Notes under the pieces: generated by a model
What the model was told of the DNA's origin: nothing
What the model saw: the letters and a program-made list of their open reading frames with translations, nothing else
Databases searched by the model: none
Source of the DNA: an uncultured virus (IMG/VR IMGVR_UViG_3300035427_000001)
Taxonomy: Duplodnaviria; Heunggongvirae; Uroviricota; Caudoviricetes
Reading direction: 5' to 3' (one strand)
Virus record (IMG/VR): IMGVR_UViG_3300035427_000001
Length of the DNA stretch: 64,000 nucleotides
Shown: in pieces, positions 58,131 to 64,000 of the stretch
Layout of the letters: the number at the start of each line of letters is the position of its first letter
Numbering within the stretch: position 1 is the first letter of the stretch
Position numbers and translations under genes: made by a program

Positions 58131-59252
58131 TTATTCTAGGTTAACCATCAAATATGGGTCTACGTTCATGAACTCGGGGAAGCCGAATTCTGAGAACTTC
58201 TTGTCAGCAGCCAGCAACAGAGTTGCATCCTGGTACATCTTAGAGAAGCCAGTAGTCAAGCTTGCATAGATTGCCTGAGTCTGGTTAGAAACGATTCTTT
58301 CAGATTCAAGCATCAACTGACGAGCAGTAAGCTTAATCAAGGCAGCAGATGTATCAATCAACAGCAACTGTTGGTCGGGTGTACCCGGGTGAATGTAGAA
58401 GTCAGCATTCTTGGGAACAGGAGACTTAACATTCAGTGTAGCTTCTGTAGTACCAGAGTGACGATCCTTGAATTCCGGCAAGTTCAGCATTTCGATTGCC
58501 TGGTCTTCACCACCAATCATAGTTTGGAAGTTACGTCCCATACGAGCAGCACGTACCCAAATATGCAGAAGGTCTTTGTAAGTGATACCGTTAGTTGTTT
58601 CGTATACACCGATTACCGGGGCAGACTCAGAGCCATCGGGGTTGTTACCATTGATAGCAACGTCCATAGCCAGAGTATCCAGAGCATAACCCAACTGAAC
58701 ACCAAAATCACGAAGGTAGATTCCCAAGACATCGAGTGAAACATAGTTACGAACTTCATCAGTAAGTTTGAAACCTTTTCCGATTTTGAAGAGGCTAACT
58801 GATTTCTGTCCGAAGCTAACATCACCCAATGGGATAGTTTCTGCCTCATTAACCTTTGCAGGGGCAGCATCCGACATGTTAACCATCGGCATGATTGCTT
58901 GTAAACCATTGATTGGTTGATCAGATGCAATGATGTTCGGATAGAACGGAGCCTGGCGCATACCCAATGTGATAGCAGCACGAATGATTTCCGGAACAAT
59001 CCAACGAATATTCTGTTGGGGCATTGTAAAGATGTTCTGCATCGTGTCCACTTTTGGATTGATGCCCATCTTTTCAAAAAGTTCATCTTCTGAAATACCC
59101 CATTTACCGGTAACCAATTCTCCAAAAGTTACCTCTACAGGCTTCTTGTCCTGTGAACCGGAACGAACAGCTTCCAAGCTTCTTACCATTTCCGGCAGCT
59201 CATTCATAAAATCCTGAGCCTTCAACTTTGTAATATCTATTTTATTTTCCAT
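58131..59252 (-). CDS. Major capsid protein (HK97 fold)
   Basis: 373 aa; KVNEAETIP, KIGKGFKLTDE; position after the scaffold and decoration genes, followed by a terminator. Confidence 0.85.
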   Translation of the reverse strand: MENKIDITKLKAQDFMNELPEMVRSLEAVRSGSQDKKPVEVTFGELVTGKWGISEDELFEKMGINPKVDTMQNIFTMPQQNIRWIVPEIIRAAITLGMRQAPFYPNIIASDQPINGLQAIMPMVNMSDAAPAKVNEAETIPLGDVSFGQKSVSLFKIGKGFKLTDEVRNYVSLDVLGIYLRDFGVQLGYALDTLAMDVAINGNNPDGSESAPVIGVYETTNGITYKDLLHIWVRAARMGRNFQTMIGGEDQAIEMLNLPEFKDRHSGTTEATLNVKSPVPKNADFYIHPGTPDQQLLLIDTSAALIKLTARQLMLESERIVSNQTQAIYASLTTGFSKMYQDATLLLAADKKFSEFGFPEFMNVDPYLMVNLE

Positions 59253-59265
59253 AACTTCTTTTCTC

Positions 59266-59736
59266 TTATTTGATGAGTACTTGAATTACCTCATTTGCCT
59301 CTTCTGCTGGATTAAGGGCAATGAACTGGGTTGAAGTTGCTTGGTTAGCTTTTACGAATCTATCGTTAAGCAAGTTTCCATCGGGAGTTACATAGCCAGC
59401 TTCGATATTTCCGCTTGATACCCAGTTACAAATCATGTAACCTTCCATAGCTACTGTTACCTCTACCGGGAAATTTCTTTGGGGTTGATAAGCAGGGTTA
59501 ACGTTATCCGTTACTGCTACACCCAAATAAACTTGAGTAGCTGTATCAGTGCAAGGGTAAATCAAACCTTCTTCATTCAAAGCCACTGGCATACCCTGTA
59601 CGATTTTCTCTCCAGCTTTAACATTGAAAGCCTGGTGCAATTTGTGTGACTCACTTTTGTAAATCACCGCTCTCGGGGTTCTTTCCCCAAAGAGAGTAAG
59701 TTGCTGAGGATCGTTTACGATTTTAGTTTTTTCCAT
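59266..59736 (-). CDS. Head decoration / capsid cement protein
   Basis: 156 aa between scaffold and capsid genes; G.PVAL...G, LGVAV beta pattern. Confidence 0.65.
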   Translation of the reverse strand: MEKTKIVNDPQQLTLFGERTPRAVIYKSESHKLHQAFNVKAGEKIVQGMPVALNEEGLIYPCTDTATQVYLGVAVTDNVNPAYQPQRNFPVEVTVAMEGYMICNWVSSGNIEAGYVTPDGNLLNDRFVKANQATSTQFIALNPAEEANEVIQVLIK

Positions 59737-59757
59737 AACGCGGATTATTTATATTAG

Positions 59758-61275
59758 TTATTTGATTTTGTTTCGATACAAGTTATCGATTACATTCTTA
59801 GTACTCGGAGATTCTGAATTCCGTTGGGTATCAGTACCTTGGGTTCCAGTTTTACCCTCGGTATCATCCTCAGCAATTGAGGAAGCACGGTTGACGTCCT
59901 TAGAACCACATTTTGAGCAAGTGAGAGGGAACTTCTCTTCCAAGCGAGCTTGGTAATCCTTGGTCAAGGAAATAAGAGTAGTAATACCAGTAGTCTCGGC
60001 ATTGAGCATCGTAACGATTGTCTCATCTACCTTATCACCCATCAACTTCTTGTAGGTTTCTACGGCATTTTCACGTAGAGAAGCAATGTGATTCTTTCCT
60101 ACGGTTGCCATTTCCTTCAAGTTAGCTACTTCGGCATTCAAGTTGGTAATCTGTTCCGTAAGAGAAGTTTTCTCTGTAGTAAGATTATCTACTGAAGTTT
60201 GCAATTCGTTTCTGGATGATACCAAAGTCTGAATGCAGGCAATTACATTTTCCTGATTCATCTCTTTACCTTCTTCCAGGGTAAGCATGTTATCCCCAAA
60301 AAGGCTTTCAAGAAATTTTAGTAATTCTTCGTTCATGTTATTTTTATTTGAATGATTATCCTTGGCATCATTATCATTAAAAGAACCCTGAGTATCGTCC
60401 TTTTCTTGATATGATGTTAAATCCGATTTGTAATCAGTAAAGAAGTATTGCTTCGATTTATCATCTCTGTATTCTTCATAAGATGCCCAAGTTCTTTTGG
60501 CAAAGGTTGGGTTAATGATTTTACCATCCGAACCAATTTTCTGGGCAAATGAATCAGCACCATGTGAAACTAGTGAGGTCTCAAGGTAACGAACAATTTC
60601 AGTAACAATTCTACGTACCATAACTCCCTTAGAGTCATAAGTACCCAGTTTCTGATAAAATTCGTTATCTTCCATTTGGGGATGGGATTTATCCCACTTA
60701 AATTGTACAGTAACTGAATTACTATGAATTGAAGGAGGTTCCATAAGGATGCCTCTAGCAATTCTTGGGTTTGCCTTACCATCGATTTTCAGAATACCGT
60801 TGATACCAGCGGGTATAGTAAAGCCACCGTCTTTATAGGATTCCTGCCACATTACTTGTGATACAGCACCAATAGCATTACCGATGTTGGTTTCATGGTC
60901 ACAGTTTACTGTTTGACCAAGCAACATCTTCATAGAAGCCTTTAGTACTCCATTCTGACCAAAGTCTGTCGGGTTCCAATTCTTAGATACAATCGTTTCT
61001 GAAAGTAATCTGAACATTGGTTCGATAAACTCTTCGTCCTTAGGAGTTAGTTCCGATTTGTCTAGGTTGGGATAGTAAGTATTATAATCTATATCCCCTC
61101 CCCAAAACCCAAATTGAGCAATGGAATCCGGTGTAGGATTTTTCCATTTGTAATAATTCTCTGAGAAAGCCTTGGCCCCCACTGCTTCGGGGATATACCC
61201 AGCCATAATGGTATGGCCTTGACCTATCACCATAGAATCAAGATGCTCTTTGTTTTTCTTTGTAAATTTACTCAT
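59758..61275 (-). CDS. Prohead protease / scaffold fusion
   Basis: NCDH, ETSLVSHGAD protease-like motifs, then a coiled coil and CSKC. Confidence 0.72.
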   Translation of the reverse strand: MSKFTKKNKEHLDSMVIGQGHTIMAGYIPEAVGAKAFSENYYKWKNPTPDSIAQFGFWGGDIDYNTYYPNLDKSELTPKDEEFIEPMFRLLSETIVSKNWNPTDFGQNGVLKASMKMLLGQTVNCDHETNIGNAIGAVSQVMWQESYKDGGFTIPAGINGILKIDGKANPRIARGILMEPPSIHSNSVTVQFKWDKSHPQMEDNEFYQKLGTYDSKGVMVRRIVTEIVRYLETSLVSHGADSFAQKIGSDGKIINPTFAKRTWASYEEYRDDKSKQYFFTDYKSDLTSYQEKDDTQGSFNDNDAKDNHSNKNNMNEELLKFLESLFGDNMLTLEEGKEMNQENVIACIQTLVSSRNELQTSVDNLTTEKTSLTEQITNLNAEVANLKEMATVGKNHIASLRENAVETYKKLMGDKVDETIVTMLNAETTGITTLISLTKDYQARLEEKFPLTCSKCGSKDVNRASSIAEDDTEGKTGTQGTDTQRNSESPSTKNVIDNLYRNKIK

Positions 61276-62762
61276 CTTGCTTTAGTATTTTGGTCTCCTC
61301 GAGAAGGAGCCGGGTTATTCTTATCTCTTGACCTACGAGCAGATTGGTTTTTATCATCTTGCCTTTGTTTCTTCTTAGTTCCTTCTTGGGGGTCTGTATT
61401 ACCTCCCTTAACAAATTGGTCCTCAAGTGAAACTCTTGGTTCTTTCTCATCAGGAGAATCATAACCCATTGCCCAAGCATATTGCTCTTGACTAATGATA
61501 CCAGCCTTATACAATAAGTCAAGGTTCTGTATCTTATACTGAAGACCTTGTTGGATTTTAACTTCATCAGAAACTGTAGAAGTTCCCCAATCAATCTTCA
61601 TTCCCTTATTATTAAAGCCTGCCAGACGCAGTTCTAGAGAATAAAGTCGGTCTAATACATAAGCTACAAGCATTTGGATATTTTTTAACTGGCTAATCAT
61701 CTTAGACAGCATTATACCAGTTGCACCTTCACCAGTAGTAGATGATACCCCAATGATAGAGCCATTAACTCCCAACCCATTTGCTACAGATTGTTGGTTC
61801 ATATTCCAAGGCTTCTCGATATTACCGAGCTCCTTAGTAGTAGAGTTGAGTTTGAATTCATGGTCATCTATGTAACCAGCAACTACCCCATCCTTCATAC
61901 CCTCTTTAACATTACGTTTGAGGATATTGAGTTCATGGTATAATCTGGATTCATAAGATTTGATACTCTCATTTGGCCTTTGTGGAGATTTCTGCATCTT
62001 AGCTTCTAAGAAACCAACCATACCACAAATCTCCATGATATGTTTGAAGTTAATCTTCATATCATTTTGTCCTTTGAGAGAATCCAATGCAGGCATAAAT
62101 GGAGGAACTCCATAAGGTTCATCGGTATCATTGAACATACCAACATAGAAGTAGGTTTCTGGGTTAAGCTTAATGTAATCTTGTTGCTTAACAAAGAAAT
62201 TTATATTCTTTTGGTAAGGAGCATACACCCCATTTAATTCACGTTTAAACTTGATGTGTTCTGGCTTAAGGAATAATACAGTAGCCAAACCATCAAGCTT
62301 ATCATTTGGTACTCCTTCTACGGATATTGCCCCACTTACAAGAAGTTGAACAATCATTTTATTAACTAAACCATCTATACCAGCAGTATATCTGGTCCAT
62401 CCCTTGGTGGCTTTCTTAAGATGTTCTCTCATCTTTGAAGCCTCTTCATCGGTATTATTAGGGAAAGTTACTGTATGACTGGTGTTAGCTAACTTAAACA
62501 TATCTTGCAATGCGATGCCCATATCAGGATTTACTTTATATAAATCCCGAATTAAAGGTATCACATCAACACGAAAAGAGGGTTCAACTAATTTAGTCAA
62601 CCCTTGTAATGATGTAATTAAGTTATCGCTATCATCGTCAACTGAAACCCTACCAGGCGAAATCGATGTGGCAGGCTTCTCCTCTTTATTAGAGGATGTA
62701 CCATTCTTGGGAGGGTTCTTCTTACGTCCCCAACCCCAACTAAAATTGAAGTACTTTTTCAT
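61272..62762 (-). CDS. Portal protein
   Basis: 496 aa directly after the terminase; PYGVPP motif. Confidence 0.8.
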   Translation of the reverse strand: MKKYFNFSWGWGRKKNPPKNGTSSNKEEKPATSISPGRVSVDDDSDNLITSLQGLTKLVEPSFRVDVIPLIRDLYKVNPDMGIALQDMFKLANTSHTVTFPNNTDEEASKMREHLKKATKGWTRYTAGIDGLVNKMIVQLLVSGAISVEGVPNDKLDGLATVLFLKPEHIKFKRELNGVYAPYQKNINFFVKQQDYIKLNPETYFYVGMFNDTDEPYGVPPFMPALDSLKGQNDMKINFKHIMEICGMVGFLEAKMQKSPQRPNESIKSYESRLYHELNILKRNVKEGMKDGVVAGYIDDHEFKLNSTTKELGNIEKPWNMNQQSVANGLGVNGSIIGVSSTTGEGATGIMLSKMISQLKNIQMLVAYVLDRLYSLELRLAGFNNKGMKIDWGTSTVSDEVKIQQGLQYKIQNLDLLYKAGIISQEQYAWAMGYDSPDEKEPRVSLEDQFVKGGNTDPQEGTKKKQRQDDKNQSARRSRDKNNPAPSRGDQNTKAR

Positions 62763-64000
62763 CTTGGTTGTACGATTACGTTAGTTTTTCCTTTCCTTAT
62801 GTGATTACATATTGCTTTTCCAAAGATATCATCATCGGCATATACATCTCCTTCAAGGTCTACGTCTACCGCTGAATTGTTAGCCCTATGTTTACCCATT
62901 GCAACAGGTCTACCTAAACCATCATAAATGAAGGTATAAGCTTCTTGTACAAAGAATGGGTCCTTAATGATTACATGATCTAATCGAATATCTTCTTCCA
63001 AGTTCTCTATTATCACTGAACGATTCTTTTGGGTGGTTAACCAACCAGGGGATTTATCCATTTCAGGTCTACTTTTACCTTTTTTCTTTAGCATCTTCTG
63101 GTAGTAGTAAAGGTTAGGGTAGCCTTCGTCTTGAAGCTTAGAAGTTACTGATAAACCAACGTCATTGGATTCTGGAGCTATTACTGCCCAGTTAAACAAC
63201 TTCCCAGTATCACCAAGTAACTTAGCATAAGCTCCCACTGCCATTCTTCCCTTATATACTACTTGTTCTTCTCCTAGCTTATCCATACAAGTAAATGAAG
63301 AGTAGTCAGAAGCTCTACCAGTTGAAACGTCTGCCCCAATGAAATATTCTTTATCTGATTCGGGTTCACAGAATTGTCGGTATTGACCATTAAATCTCTT
63401 CTTAATAACTGGGTAATCGCTAAGGCAGTCTTCGATAGCTTTAATATCGGCTAAGTCGAAGACTGTATTACCAGATGATAAGAAGTCACCATCAATTTCT
63501 TGTGCAGTTCGTTTTGCTCCCAAAGCAGAAGACATTTGGTTATACCAATTGATATCTCGTTCTGGGTGCATTTGCCAGTATAATCGAATTGGGTTAAAAG
63601 GATTACCTCCTGCAATGGCATCTACCCAAGTTGAGTGATAGAAATTACCAACTCCATAGGGAGTGGAATTGACGATGGCAGCTCCACCAGTGGAAAGAGT
63701 AGGAAATGCAGCAGCCCAAATTTGAGCAGCCCATCTTACTACTGCTGCCTCGTCAATTACCAGAAGAGAAAGGGATTCCGAACGACCAGCTTCGGATGAT
63801 GTCGGAATAGATTCAATAAATGACCCATTATCAAATTCTATCATGGAAGCAGAACCGTATTCTCCAGCTCTACCATTGATTATGGGAGTTTGAAGGTACC
63901 ATGGAAGATTCTTGTACATGAACTTAATCTTCTTAAGCACCTTCTTAGCAGTTGTGTCTTTGATAGAGATAATGTTTATCTTTTTGTTGGGATGGTACAT
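62759..64000 (-). CDS. terL: Terminase large subunit (5' end outside the window)
   Basis: Walker B LLVIDEAA, STP.G, nuclease motifs IGADVS.G..DYS, PESN, DD. Confidence 0.93.
   Translation of the reverse strand: MYHPNKKINIISIKDTTAKKVLKKIKFMYKNLPWYLQTPIINGRAGEYGSASMIEFDNGSFIESIPTSSEAGRSESLSLLVIDEAAVVRWAAQIWAAAFPTLSTGGAAIVNSTPYGVGNFYHSTWVDAIAGGNPFNPIRLYWQMHPERDINWYNQMSSALGAKRTAQEIDGDFLSSGNTVFDLADIKAIEDCLSDYPVIKKRFNGQYRQFCEPESDKEYFIGADVSTGRASDYSSFTCMDKLGEEQVVYKGRMAVGAYAKLLGDTGKLFNWAVIAPESNDVGLSVTSKLQDEGYPNLYYYQKMLKKKGKSRPEMDKSPGWLTTQKNRSVIIENLEEDIRLDHVIIKDPFFVQEAYTFIYDGLGRPVAMGKHRANNSAVDVDLEGDVYADDDIFGKAICNHIRKGKTNVIVQPR

Noticed and set aside
130..62784. Many short plus-strand ORFs in the track
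   Set aside because: They are antisense shadows of well-supported minus-strand genes and have no motifs; only 27595-28248 is credible
1..64000. Stop-codon recoding as in some gut phages
   Set aside because: Code-11 ORFs are long and tile the window; TAG and TGA end genes at sensible overlap junctions
1..64000. Assignment to a named phage family
   Set aside because: Cannot be supported without TerL and capsid phylogeny

Overview
A 64 kb piece of a large, AT-rich, apparently lytic tailed phage with a contractile tail, most likely infecting a Bacteroidota host (two TAnnTTTG promoter elements, BACON-like domains). Almost every gene is on the minus strand. From right to left: terminase (truncated by the window edge), portal, protease/scaffold, capsid, neck, a 2050-aa fibre, sheath, tube, chaperone, tape measure, baseplate and holin (28.4-64 kb). 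Then one plus-strand sigma-factor-like gene, followed by a replication, recombination and nucleotide-metabolism block (DnaB, primase, SF2 helicase, PolA, SSB, RecA, 5'-3' exonuclease, SbcCD, resolvase, GroES, a NusG paralog). The best candidate for an undescribed system is a nucleotide-modification cassette next to polA: two divergent thymidylate-synthase-fold genes that both carry the dCMP-type Asp, a tandem all-alpha NTP pyrophosphatase and a separate dUTPase, plus a dNMP kinase further downstream. Together these suggest a modified cytosine in the genome. Other notable items are an Ala-start class-3-type LAGLIDADG intein in the SbcC Walker A motif, three paralogous free-standing NUMOD4-HNH endonucleases, a -1 frameshift site with an unannotated chaperone extension, a decaying small-gene cassette and a recurring candidate phage promoter motif. 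All calls come from reading motifs by eye; no database searches were run.
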